The notes under the pieces are model-generated. The model saw only the letters and a program-made list of their open reading frames with translations, had not been told where the DNA came from and made no database searches. This document shows positions 1-12,116 of a stretch of DNA of 64,000 nucleotides, piece after piece. Made by a program: the position numbers and the translations under genes. Numbering within the stretch: the first letter of the stretch is position 1; each line of letters begins with the position of its first letter. Origin of the DNA: Lytechinus pictus. Taxonomy: Eukaryota. Where the stretch lies: positions 558,001 to 622,000 of the forward strand of contig NC_087251.1 in the NCBI RefSeq assembly GCF_037042905.1, written 5' to 3'.

Positions 1-281
1 TTCATGCAGCGCGCGCTATCTCGAGCAGCGTTAGCGAATTTGCACCTCAATACGATCATGGAGCTATGTATTATCTGTACCGGTATAATGCAGTGGATGG
101 AGCAGAAACTAACATGGCCCTCTCGAGGGCCTACGAGCTCCCGATGCAACCAGTGGCGTAACTACGTGCCACTCCCACCCCCCCCCCCCCTTTTACTGGT
201 AAAAAATAAGGGGAGAGAGAATCAAAATGGGAAAATTTAGAATTTGATTAATCGTAATTTGCTTTGATATGGGCCTATACG

Positions 282-2340
282 CATAGGCGGATCCGGGGGA
301 GGGCCGAGGGGCCCGGCCGGGCCCCCCCCCCTATTGGTGGAGCCCTGTGGTGGAGCAAAAAAAAGAAAAAAGGGGGAAAGAAAGAAAAAAGAAAAAGAAG
401 AGAAAAGAGAGGAGAAAAAAGACGGGGAAACATAAGAGGAGGAAGACGAGTGAATAAAATGAGATGAGGGGAAGACTTAAAAAATTATCAAAAAAATATT
501 TCATGTCACTATATAAAATTTTCGCTCGCGCTTCGCGTTCGCATTGCCTTTTAGGTGATTTACATATCTTGCTCAATATGGAGCTTCAAATATCAAATTT
601 TGAAGTCAATATACAAAACATATTTCATCTCGGAAATCGAACTTTCATTATTTTGTTTGATTTACAAATTGATTTTTTAAAGTGCTCTGTAAAAATTTAT
701 GTTTTATGGTCTGAATATTTTATGGTCTGAACATTTTATGCTCGCGCTGCGCGCTCGCAAAACTTGATTTGTAAGATACCTATTATTTTCCTGTATTCCA
801 TAAAGTTCTCAAAATATCCCTATTCAGGTCAAATTGTCAAAGTGTATCAGCTAAAGCTGCACGCTCGCATTTTGATTGGTTAGTTATGTTTATCTAAATT
901 TTAATTCTAAACAAACTACTTAAAATCCCCATTTCATGACAGTTCATCAAAAATTTCCGCTCGCATTTATTGTTGAAAAGATATTAACTCATGCATCTTA
1001 TTCATAATTACTAAAATACTTTAAATGTTCAGTTTTCAGGCCATGATATCAGCAGATTTTGCGCTCTCATTAGGCTTATTAAATTAATGAATAAGATATC
1101 AATTCAATAATCTAATTGTCCCTTTTTCAGAATGTAATATCGACAAGTTAAATTTCGCTTAGGAAGAGAAATAGGAAGATAATGTCCTTATAGAATGTCC
1201 CGGTCCTATTTCAGAATTCAAAGTAATAATAATGAAACATATCAGCTCTTTTTTCTAACTGTGATCCATTTCCACCTCGCAACAGAGCTTAAATCGACAC
1301 TTTTTCCGATCGGAATATCAAATATTTCAAGCCCGCGCTTCGCGCTCGCTTTATTGATTTTCATGATAAAAAAGTTATTTAGAATACCCAAACTCCGATA
1401 CGCATCTTGTTCTCTATATAAATCATTATCCAGTTTCAGATCACAAATTATCAAAAAATTTATTATTAATGTAGGAAAATTTCCACTTACACATCCTTTC
1501 CATGATTTACAAAACCTGAATAGAGTGTCCCATTTTTAGGTGTAAATCTCAGATTTTTTCCGCTCGCGCTTCAAGCTCGCATCAATTATTTAGTTACTTA
1601 TCCTTTTCATGATTACAAAAAATGCTTAGAATTTCCATTCTTCAGGTAGAAATGTCAAAATTTGAAGCTCGCGCTTCGCGCTCGTATTGTTTGATAGTTG
1701 AAATATAAAACGTCTTCATGGCTAACAAACAGCCGTTAACAGATCCTTTTTTTATCAGATCAAAACGTATATTTAAAAAAAAATTCTACTCGCGCTTTGC
1801 GCTTGCATTATTAATAAAGATTTCCAATTACTCATCCTTTTCATGATTTATAGAGTGTCCCATTTTTAGGTGTAAATCTCGATTTCTCCGCTCGCGCTTT
1901 GCGCTCGCATCAATTATTTAGTTACTTATCCTTTTCATGATTACAAAAAGTGCTTAGAATTTCCATTCTTCAGGTAGAAATTTCAAAATTTTCAGCTCGC
2001 GCTTCGCGCTCGCATTGTTTAATAATTGGAATATGTAACGTCTTCATGGCTAACAAGCAGCCGTTACTAGATCCGTTTCTGATCATATCAAAACGTATAT
2101 AAAAATTTCTGCTCGCGCTTCGCGCTCACAGTAAGATTTAGTTGGATACACATCTCGTTTAGAATCACAAACATTGCCCACAATGTTTAAATTTTAGGAC
2201 AAAATACATGAAATAAAAAAGCTCGCGCTTCGCGCTCGCACTTTTTCAATAAACGAGTAAAGGGAGAAAAAAAAGGGAAAAGGAAAAAAAAGAAAAGAAA
2301 ACTGAAAAAGGGAAAGGTGAAAAGAAAACTATTAAATAAA
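282..2340 (+). mobile_element. Non-autonomous hAT-like family with repeated GCTCGCGCTTCGCGCTCGC motifs
   Basis: Starts CATAGGCGGATCC. Homologous segments lie at about 22400-24309, 37300-38100 (-) and 54900-55589 (-). The right boundary is approximate. Confidence 0.7.
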
Positions 2341-3076
2341 AACATTTTTTTTAAGGAAAACGGAAGGACAGCGGCAAAAGGAAGGAAAGGAGAACAGGTC
2401 CCGGAAGGAACAGGTGGGAAAGAACAAACCATCCCGAAATACTAATGCATTAGCATGATCATATGAAAAAAGATGACGAAAATGGCAAACAAAAGTGGAA
2501 AATGAAGGTAGAATGGAATGGTATGAGCCAAAAACTAAATTGGAAAATGAAGAAAAGAGACCGTCAAGAAAAAAAAAGAGAACTTAATAACACGATTGGG
2601 CTGCCGAGGATTGAAAATAAAGAACGGGAAGAAAGATGGACGGCATATAACATTGTGTATGGAGTCTATCATAGCTCAATTTTATGCAATAATGGTCGCA
2701 ATTGGTCGCAATCACCAGGCGCGGATCCAAGGGGGCCGAGCTGGCCCCGCCAGCCCCAGCCCCCCCCCCCCCCCCGGCCCAGCTATAGCAAGCTGACGTG
2801 AGCCAATGTCGACCAATATCGACCAATATCTGCCAATGTCCGTGGCCGAGTGGTCTAAGGCAGGGGCGTCGATCCATTTTTCAGATTGGGGGGGGGCAAA
2901 ATCATGAATCAACGTTCCAAAGGCGCTCAATCACACAACCCACCCACACAGGCCTATATATAAATAAATATGTATGTTAGCATGTATGTATATATATATA
3001 TATGTAAATGTATATATATATATATAAAATTGTGATGAGCAAGGACCTAAACATTGCGTGGGTGCTTCAGTGAGTA

Positions 3077-3398
3077 ATATATTGGCGAAGAAGCTAAAAA
3101 TACAATGAAGCTAGAGACGTAGCCTGGATTTCTTCAACTTTTATTATTGATTTTAATAGCTATTGGATAATCCTAATTAAACATTACCGATGTAAAACAT
3201 TTTCTTTTAAGATATACCTATATTTAGTAAATTAATCAAAATATATGCATGGTAATTGTAAAGCCATTATGTATTTTACATCTTCAGATACCTGAAGAAG
3301 GCCCAACTAAATGGCCGAAAGCTTGTACTAATAAAAGTTGAAGAAATCCAGGCTACGTCTCTAGCTTCAATGCTTTTTGAGCTTCTTCGCCAATATAT
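3077..3398 (+). mobile_element. Penelope-like pseudo-LTR fragment with inverted terminal copy, in a (TA)n tract
   Basis: About 70-bp inverted repeat (3077-3146 versus 3329-3398), with a hammerhead motif and AATAAA inside, flanked by TA microsatellite. Confidence 0.65.
3281..3344 (+). ncRNA. Minimal type I hammerhead ribozyme motif
   Basis: TAC-CTGAAGA-A-GGCC(9 nt)GGCC-GAAA-GC-TT-GTA, with distal stem I TCTTCA/TGAAGA and palindromic stem III (AAGCTT). Confidence 0.7.
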
Positions 3399-3413
3399 AT
3401 ATATATGTATATA

Positions 3414-5135
3414 CACTGTTGGTCATAAAGGTAGAATATTTTCTTTCACCAAATTTTCACAGCGTAATTATTACAACATGATTCGAATATGGCATTTATG
3501 GTGCATGATAACCACTTTACTTTATTATTCTGCCTTTTACACACGTTTGACAGTGATATTTTTCAAGTTTATGTCCTAAGCGATGGATGTCATGATCATA
3601 GAACAACAATGACGACAATATACAGTAAATTAAAGGATCATGAGATATTTAATTTCAATCTCTCTCAGTTTTCCAGATGACTTCTTTTTTGTGATGTCAT
3701 GGACAAATTTGCATCAAACTTGAGTCATTGTTCTTACTCAGTCACTAGTATCGGGTATGTCCACCCCTGGCACGAACCCGCACGAACCAGCGCATGCAGA
3801 CGTCGTGGCATGCTGTCCACTAGCTTGTTGATGACATCAACAGGCATAGCGTCCCATTCTTCCCTCAGAGCATCTGCCAACTCCTGCAGATTTTGGGGAA
3901 TGACCTCTCTGTCGTTGATGGCTCGGCCTAGGGCATCCCATGCATGCTCTATGGGGTTCATATCCGATGAACAAGCTGGCCATGGCTAGTGTCCCTGTAT
4001 AGAACACTAGCCATGGCAACTGTACGACGCCCTCTGCCTCCAGGAATTCCCTTACTGCAGCGGCCCTGTGTGGTCGATTAGCGTTAATTGTCATCCTGCA
4101 GTCGGAAATTGTGCCCATACACTCGTCTTGCATATGGAAGACAATGGAACTCCAAGATATATCCCTGTAGGCGGCGGCGTTGACGTTTCCGTCCGGAACG
4201 TACCACCAGTGGCGTTTTCCCTCCATATCGATGCCGGCCCATATCATCACTGAGCCGCCTCCGCCTTGAGTCATCTCGTGGATACATTCATCGCAAAGGT
4301 TTTCCCCGGCTAATCGACGAACTCGTTGTCTCCCATCCTTTCGGTCAAGGATGAACCGGCTCTCGTCCGTAAAGACCACATGTTGCCAATGTTCTGGATG
4401 AAGCCTTCTGTGCTCTCCCTAGCCCAAAGAAGACGAGCTACTCTGTGGAGAACAGACAGGCGTGGATATTTGGTCAACCGTCGTGCTCGGTAACCATGTT
4501 GGAGCAATCTGCGATTAACGGTTGACCGGGAAACGTTGATCCCATGATATCTCCTCCACAAGCGACGAAGACGGCTCGTGGGCAATTTCCGGTTTCTGCG
4601 GCTGAAATTCAACAGTTGGCGATCATCTCTTCTTGTGGTCAATCTGGGACGTCCTGGAGATTTCCGTGGCCGCACATTCCCCGCCTCACGTTGACGTTTC
4701 AGGGTCTTAGAGACTGCACTCTGTGATATATCCCTAGGACTTCTGCGATATCAGTCTGCTTGTTGCCCTCCTGTCGCAGTGCTACCACTCTCTCGCGTGT
4801 TGCTGTTGCCGTTGGACCAGGCATAGTCCAGGGAACGTCTCTACGGATTTTTATTTCAAACGCGGTACAAGGCCGGAACTCGAAAAAATGCAACCTTCTT
4901 ATATACAGTGCTAAATCAGGGAAAGGGACAGAATACCATATGCATAGGCTTTTATAGTCTACAACAAAAGAATTTATTACGTAATCCAAATTTCTCATGT
5001 TATGTCACCTGTGTAATGGGGAAACATTATGTAATCACTCAATTACCATTTTGTCTACGCGTAGCCTTTCAAATACCAACAAAACTGTCGATTTTTATTC
5101 AAAAATATTTTATTCCACCTTTATGACCAACAGTG
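3414..5135 (-). mobile_element. Full-length Tc1/mariner element with frameshifted transposase
   Basis: 25-bp TIRs CACTGTTGGTCATAAAGGT(A/G)GAATA, TA TSD. ORF pieces: SPGRPRLTTRRDDR (4310-4675), VFTDESRF...GGGSVMIWAGI (3837-4379), LQDDN, MNPIEHAWDAL (3734-3961). Confidence 0.95.
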
Positions 5136-5940
5136 TATATGACTCATGAGAAAGAGACACATATCCCACCAACAAATTATAATGCGAGCGCGAAGTGCGA
5201 GCTGAAATTTTTTAGTATACTGACCTGCAAACAGGAAAAAGGCACCTGTTAGGACTGTTTGTAGTAACTCATGAGGAGGATACATATCTCACAACACAGA
5301 TAATGCTAGGGCCGAGAGCGAGCTGAAATTTCTTTATACTCTGACCTGAAAGCTTGATATTCTAAGCATTTTTGGTACCAATGATTAAGATGGGTATCTA
5401 AAAGAATAATAAATGCGAGCGCGAAGCGCGTGAGCTGAAAATTTTGATATTTCGATCTAAACAAAATTGACAGCTTAATGGACTTTTTAATAAAGAACAG
5501 GATATATATCCAACAAAAGATTGTTGCTAATCGAAGCGGGAGTTCTTTTGAGGTTTAGACCTGAAAACGGGACATTCTATTCATCTTTTATTCATGAAAA
5601 GTATGGGGGGGTTGCTAAAGAAATGATGCGAGCGCGAGCTGAAAATTTTTACATTCCACTCTGAAAAACGGACATTTTGAGCACGCCTTAAATAAAGAAC
5701 GAGTTGTGTATCTCAATCTCGCTTGTAACATTACAATCATATTTTATATTTGCACATCCGGAACTATGGGGGGGGGGCAAAACGATATGTTTGACCCCTT
5801 ATATTTTCATTGGTGGGGCGATCGCCCCCCACCCCTAGATCGACGCCTCTGCTCTAAGGCGCCTGGCTATACATGGAAAGTCCAGGGTTTGATCCCCGGC
5901 CGCGGCACCTATGCCCGTGAGCAAGGCATTTAATCTACAA

Positions 5941-8150
5941 TATCCCAAAATTGATATCCAACATACATCGCGCCAACGTCACAATGTTGACAATAAGGAA
6001 AGGTTGGCAAAGTGCCGAAAAATAGTTGGGCAAACGTTGTAACTTCGACTTTTTTGTGATGTCGCAAAAGTAGTCTTGGACCAACATTAACAATAATAAT
6101 TATCGTCAGCCGTGAAACGTTGGCAAATAGTCAAAAAATAACGTTGGGCCAATCATAATTATTTAGACATAATGATGATATCGCGAAATTGATATCCGAT
6201 CAACAGCACGCCAATATCATTTTGGAAAGGTCGGAAACGTGTCAAAATATAAATGTTGAGCCGACTTTAAAATCTCGACCTTTTTTTATGTCGCAAAAAT
6301 AGTGCTGGGCAAACATTAATACGTCAACAATATCGTGCAATCTCGAAATGTTGGCATTTAATTGGTCAAAAATATAACGTTGGGCAAATGTAAATTTTAA
6401 CCTGATTATGATATCGCAAAACTTGTTATCCGTCCAACGTCATGCCAATATCACAATGTTGACAATAGGGAAGGTTGGCAACGTGTCAAAATATAAATAA
6501 TGGGTCAAAGTCAAAATCTCGATTTTTTTTTTTTAATGATGTCGCAAAAGTAGAGTTGGACCAATATCAATAAAATGTTGGGCCAATATAAATATTTGAC
6601 CTGCTAATGATATTGCGAAATTGATATCCGTCCAACGTCACGCCAACATTCCAATGTTGACAATGGGGAAAGATCGGGAAAAATAATGTCTAAATATAAA
6701 TGTTGGGCCAAGGTTAAAATCTCGACTTCTGTATGATGTCGAAAAAGTAGTGTTGGACCAACAGAGATAGAATGTCAACTATGTCGTCAATCGCGAATGT
6801 TGGCAATTGGTCAAATATATAACGTTGGGCGTCACGCCAGCATCACAATGTTGACAATTAGGGAAAGGTTGGAAAAGTATCAAAATATGAAATAATGTTG
6901 GGCAAACTTTGTAACTTTGACATGTTCGACTTCTTATGATGTCGCATAAGGTATAGTGTTGGGCCAACATCAGTACAAAGTCAACAATTTCGTCAGTTGC
7001 GAAATGTTGGCAAATTGTCAAAACACATGCAATGTTGGGCCACAGTTAAGTAAGTATTTTGACCTAATTATGATTTCACAAGATTGATGTCCGTCCAACA
7101 TCTCGCCAACATCACAATTTTGACAATAGGGAAAGGTCTGGAAAGTGTCAAAATGTAAATGTTGTGCCAACGTTAAAATCTCGATTTTTTTTTATAATGT
7201 TGCAAAAGGAAAGTTGGACCAACATCAATACAATGTCAACAATTTCTTAATCGCGAAATGTTGGCAATAGGTCAAAAATATAACATTGGACCAAATGGAA
7301 AAAAGAATTGACCTCATTATGATATCACAAATTAATAACCACCCAACGCCACACTAAAATCACAGTGTTGACAAATAGGGAGGTTGGGAAAGTGTCAAAA
7401 TATAAATGTTGGGCAAACGTTGTAACTTTTACTTCTTCACTATGTCGCAGAAGTAATGATGGGCGAACATCAATACAACGTCAACATTTTCGTCAGTCGC
7501 GAAATGTTTAATGGTCAATATTTTGGTCTAATAATTTTTGCTTGCTTTTGTAAAATTACCATATTAACTGGTCTTTATTCATTTCATTTCAAAGTAATAC
7601 ATTTTCATAATTAATTGACATTTGCCTCCATTTCTCGAGAGAATTACAGGTTTTCTAGAATTGACATTCTCTTCTATTTCAAAACGTTATTTTAACAGGT
7701 AAACCAAAAAATTAATTAGTCTTTTAATTGTTTTTTTCTCTTGGATTCATTTTCAACAAACTTTTGGAAATGGTAAAAAACACAATGTTGGGCCAAAGTA
7801 TTTTTTTACCTGGGGTGGTATTCTGAGATCCATTTTATCTCAGATAAAATAAAATATTTTAAAGATAAAATGACCTCAGAATACCGCCCCTGATTATGAT
7901 ATCGCCAAAATTGATATACACATCACAGTGTTGAAGTTTGGGAAAGGTCGGCTAAGTGTCAGAGTATCCGCAGAGTATAAATGTTGGTATCACAAAACTA
8001 TAATGTTGGGCCAACATCAATACAACCTTATAAATATCGTAATTTGCGAAATGTTGGCAAAATAACGTTGGGTCAATGCAATTACTTAGACCTCAGTGAT
8101 TATGATATGGCAAACTTGATAGGCCGGCTATTCGACGAACATCACAATAT
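5941..8150. repeat. Degenerate ~235-bp tandem array (about 9 units)
   Basis: ATATCGCGAAATTGATATCCGTCCAACGTCACGCCAA-like unit starts recur near 5941, 6178, 6411, 6610, 7073, 7322, 7898 and 8105. Confidence 0.75.
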
Positions 8151-9121
8151 AGTCCAGGATAGGCCCCATAGAAACTTGACCAAACCTTGTTTTTTTATAT
8201 ATACAATATTTTTTGATGGTTTCTTGACAATTCGAGGATGCTGATTACGAATCTGGATGATGCCACTCGTGTAACCTTGAGCATTTTCCGCAAATTGGCC
8301 GCCAAAATATGCAAATTACCCATGAAAATCATAAAATTGTCCGCACATTGGCTATGAAATACATGAAATCGTGTGGCAGGAGTGAAATACTCTCTCAAAA
8401 AATGATTTTTGAAACAATATTTATTTTCCTGATATTCAAAATGGCCGCCAAAGGCCATTGTATACTCTATTATGTACAATATGAATAGGAAAACCAATTT
8501 TCACAAAAATGAGCACTAAACTGCAAAAAATCGCGATGTATGACCGAAGTAATATATGCAAATCATCATTACTAACGAGATATATCATTTATTATGTCAT
8601 ATATGGGAACATTGCTGTATTTTGATATCTAAAATAGCCCACTGGCCCAAACAGTATTATGTACAATGGCAATTGGCCGGGGCCCAAAAAATGACAATTA
8701 AGAGTGAGCACTAAAATGTATATTATTAAGATAAAGAGTGGAATACTGACTAAAAACATAATTGTTAATATGCCATTTATGTGATAAATGCTGCATTTTT
8801 AAATTTCAAAATGGCCGCCATAGGCCCTATATTTATCATGTACAATGCGAATGGAGAAACTAATTTTCACACGAGTAAGAAACGTAAAATGCATGTAATT
8901 GTGATCTACGAGTAAAATATTGTCTGACAACATGTTTTATAGCAAGACATATCATTTCTTTTGTCATGCATGAGATAAATGCTGTATTATGAAATTCAAA
9001 ATGGCCCCTATAGGCACTAACAGTATTATCTACAATGTGAATGGGGACATATAATTTTGGCAAAAAAAAGCTGCTGAAAACTGCTGATCTAATAAAGAGA
9101 GCCAATGGAGTAAATTAGAAA

Positions 9122-9179
9122 GTCAAAAAGGGGCCTAAGCTTTCGATCCTAGCAGAATCTTCGTCGGAGGCAAAATGAC
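9122..9179 (-). ncRNA. Minimal type I hammerhead ribozyme motif, U4C core variant
   Basis: Minus strand reads GTCA-TTTT-GCCT-CCGACGA-A-GATTC(TGCTA)GGATC-GAAA-GC-TT-AGGC-CCCTTTT-TGAC. Confidence 0.6.
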
Positions 9180-10769
9180 AAACATATAAAGTGGAACAAC
9201 CATAATATAGACCACAAACAAGCTACAGCAACACTAGAAACAAGGAGACAAAAGGGGCATTAGTGAGTAGAGAAGACCAATCAGGTTAGTGAAGGGGGTG
9301 AAAGAAAAGGAGTAGGCAGACACAAAGGGAAGTTAGTGTAAGTAAGGCCAGTAAAAGACCTCAAGCTAAGAGGGATTAAGATAATGAGGCAGGCAACATC
9401 AAACAGGATCTGGAACAAAACAGTGATAATGGGATGAATAACAAGAGAATTAGTGAGAGGTGGGTCAAACAGGTTACAAAGAAAGGCATAATAAACTGGT
9501 GCATAAGAGTGGGGGAAAAAAAGGGAAAAGAATGGGGAACAACTGATAATGTGCAGAAGACATATAAGTATATATGATAAAGCATTAAACAAACTAAGAG
9601 AAGAAGGTAAGTGTAAATATGTATCTATAAGTGATATGTATATAAATATATCCAAAAAAGAAATGTATATGAAAAAATATAAATACACATATGGTGTAAG
9701 TGATATTGTAATCCGCTAGGTGTGACGGGAAAAAAAACATAAGACTATGTGATTTCTCAATCATTCCAAATAATTTGTTTTAATCAAATATTTTTTTTTT
9801 AATGGATCATTCACTGTATAAATCAAGCTTTCTGATCATGTTTATATTGTTGAAAATTATTAATATTATTAAAGGTTTACATGATTGATATTCAAGTTTT
9901 TAAATTTTAGAAGTTTGGCTAAGTTGTTTGCCATTTTCTTTTGCAAAATTGACCACATATTTTTTTGGAGAAAAAAACATTTATTGTTATTGCCATTGCC
10001 CCACATTTCAGCATTTATAGTATGCTTGTTATGTAAATCATTTTTTTTTTAATGTGAACATCAACCTTTTTATCATTTTGCCATACATTGTGCTGTAGTT
10101 TAAAATCGTTGTTATAACTTTGTTTTTAGCCTTTTTTTCATTAAAATGCAAGTTTAAAAACTTCATGTTAATTCTACTATTGTTTTCCTTCCTGTTTCAA
10201 CTCATCGTGGTGTAAACATTTACCATTCTGTTGTGTAAAAAATGACACGTTGGGATGTGGTAAGAAAAACTGGGTAAATTCTTTACCTCTTTCGGGGTAA
10301 AATTATAACACATATGTGGGCTGAATTGTTACACATCTGGTAGTGGTTAAACTTTGCACAGCATGGGGTAAAAAAGGGAACATGGTCGTTTCGGGGTAAA
10401 ATGTTACCCTACCCCGCGGTGTTAACATTTTACACATTAGATGAATTGAATTGAATTGAATTTATTAGAACTTCACTGGCAATTGCCAGTATTTTGTTCA
10501 TAACAAGAAGTACAAAATGATACAAGACAAATATACAATGCAAGGAATATAAGCAAATAAACAAAAACAAAATAAAATAGTATTTCGTCAAAAAGAAAAA
10601 TGTGTAAGATTTGTAAGAAAAGATGTGTAAAATATTACACAAGTGTCGGGTAAAATCTAACCACTCAAGGTTTGTAATTTTTTACACCACAGACGACCAT
10701 GTTCCCTTTCAACACATTTTGGTGTTATTTTTTAACACCAGTGGGGTAACTTTTTCTAAGAGTGGTTAA

Positions 10770-11030
10770 AAATCGGCGCCAGTCAAGAATAATCGGCGCC
10801 TCCTGGTTCTAAATCGGCGCCAGTCAATTATGAATTGCCGCTGCCTGAATCTTACGTGACGTCGGTAAAAATAATCATCACTACTTGTTCTAAATCGGCG
10901 CCGGTCAAGAATAATCAGCGTGCCCCATGGTTCCAATAAATAGGCACCGGTAGAATAAAGAAGAAGGGCCTATTGCCAACCAAATCTAGATCGGCGCCGG
11001 TCAAGAATGATCAGCGGCACCTAGCTGGTT
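10770..11030. repeat. Short degenerate tandem repeat (AAATCGGCGCCRGTCAAGAATAATC)
   Basis: Motif visible several times. Confidence 0.65.
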
Positions 11031-11399
11031 ATACATTTTATTGTTGAATGGTCATAACAAAGCTTATCGCATGCCCTTACAGAGTGGACTGGGGCGGGGC
11101 AGTTGCCCACAGAATGACAGATGTCATGAAATCTTTAATTTATTTAAAAAAATCCCAGAATCATACAAAAGCGTAGTGCAAATCCTTTAATTTTGATCTT
11201 ATTTTCCAATGCTTTAATAAAAAGAAGGTCAGTTACTTTTCTTCTTTACACATTCCACATTGTGGAATGTTTAAGACAGCTTCTATATAGTGTTTTATGA
11301 AGATGATTCGATATTTTAGCCCAAAACTTTGCTAAAACCCGTTGCTAGTACCGGGAGTGTATAATTATGCAACCAGTCGTATATTGAGATTGAGCTACA

Positions 11400-12116
11400 A
11401 TACTCGTTCTTTATTTAAAATCGTGCTTAAATTATCCGCTTCTCAGATTGGAATATAAAAATTTTCAGCTCGCGCTTCGCGCTCGCATCATTTCTGTAGC
11501 AAAACCCCATACTTTTCATGATTAAATAGGTGAATATAATGTCCCATTTTCGGGACTAAACGTCAAAAGAACTCCCGCTTCGATTTGCAATAATCTTTTG
11601 CTGGATATAATCTTGTTCTTTATTACAAACGTCCATTAAACTGTCATTTTTTTCAGATCGAAATATCAAAATTTTAAGCTCGCGCTTCGCGCTCGCATCT
11701 ATTGTTTTTTTTAGATACCCATCTTAATCATTGGTACCAAAAATGCATAGAATATCAAGCTTTCTGGTCAGAATATAAAGAAATTTCAGCTCGCCCTCGG
11801 CACTCGCATTATCTGCATGTATAGTGAGATATGTATCCTCCTCATGAGTTACTACAAACAGTCCTAAACAGGCACCTTTTTCCTGTTTTCAGGTCAGTAT
11901 ACTAAAAAATTTCAGCTCGCGCTTCGCGCTCGCATTAATTTGTTGGTGAGATATGTGTTTCTATCTCATGAGTCATATAAATATATATATATATATATGC
12001 ATATGTGTGTGTGTGTGTTTGTGTGAGTTTGTTTGTTTTGTGTGATATCGAGCGCCTTTGGAAAGTTGATTCATGATTTTGCCCCCCTAATCTTAAAAAA
12101 AGGATCGACGCCCCTG
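11400..12116 (-). mobile_element. Inverted copy of the 2861-5851 hAT-like family
   Basis: Ends GGATCGACGCCCCTG; the body is the reverse complement of 2861-2940 and 5140-5700. The left boundary is approximate. Confidence 0.75.

Larger units (their letters stand above)
2861..5851 (+). mobile_element. Non-autonomous hAT-like element containing the Tc1 and Penelope-like inserts
   Basis: Ends CAGGGGCGTCGATC / GATCGACGCCTCTG; 8-bp TSD GTCTAAGG/CTCTAAGG (one mismatch). A related inverted copy lies at about 11400-12116. Confidence 0.8.
2838..5940 (+). mobile_element. tRNA-derived SINE split by the hAT-like insertion (pieces 2838-2860 and 5852-5940)
   Basis: The rejoined sequence has an A box TGGCCGAGTGGTCTAAGGCG, a B-box-like GGTTTGATCCCC, and then GTGAGCAAGGCATTTAATC, which resembles a SINE core. 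Confidence 0.75.

Noticed and set aside
2838..2860. tRNA gene
   Set aside because: The tRNA-like head is interrupted, does not form a full cloverleaf, and continues into a SINE body.
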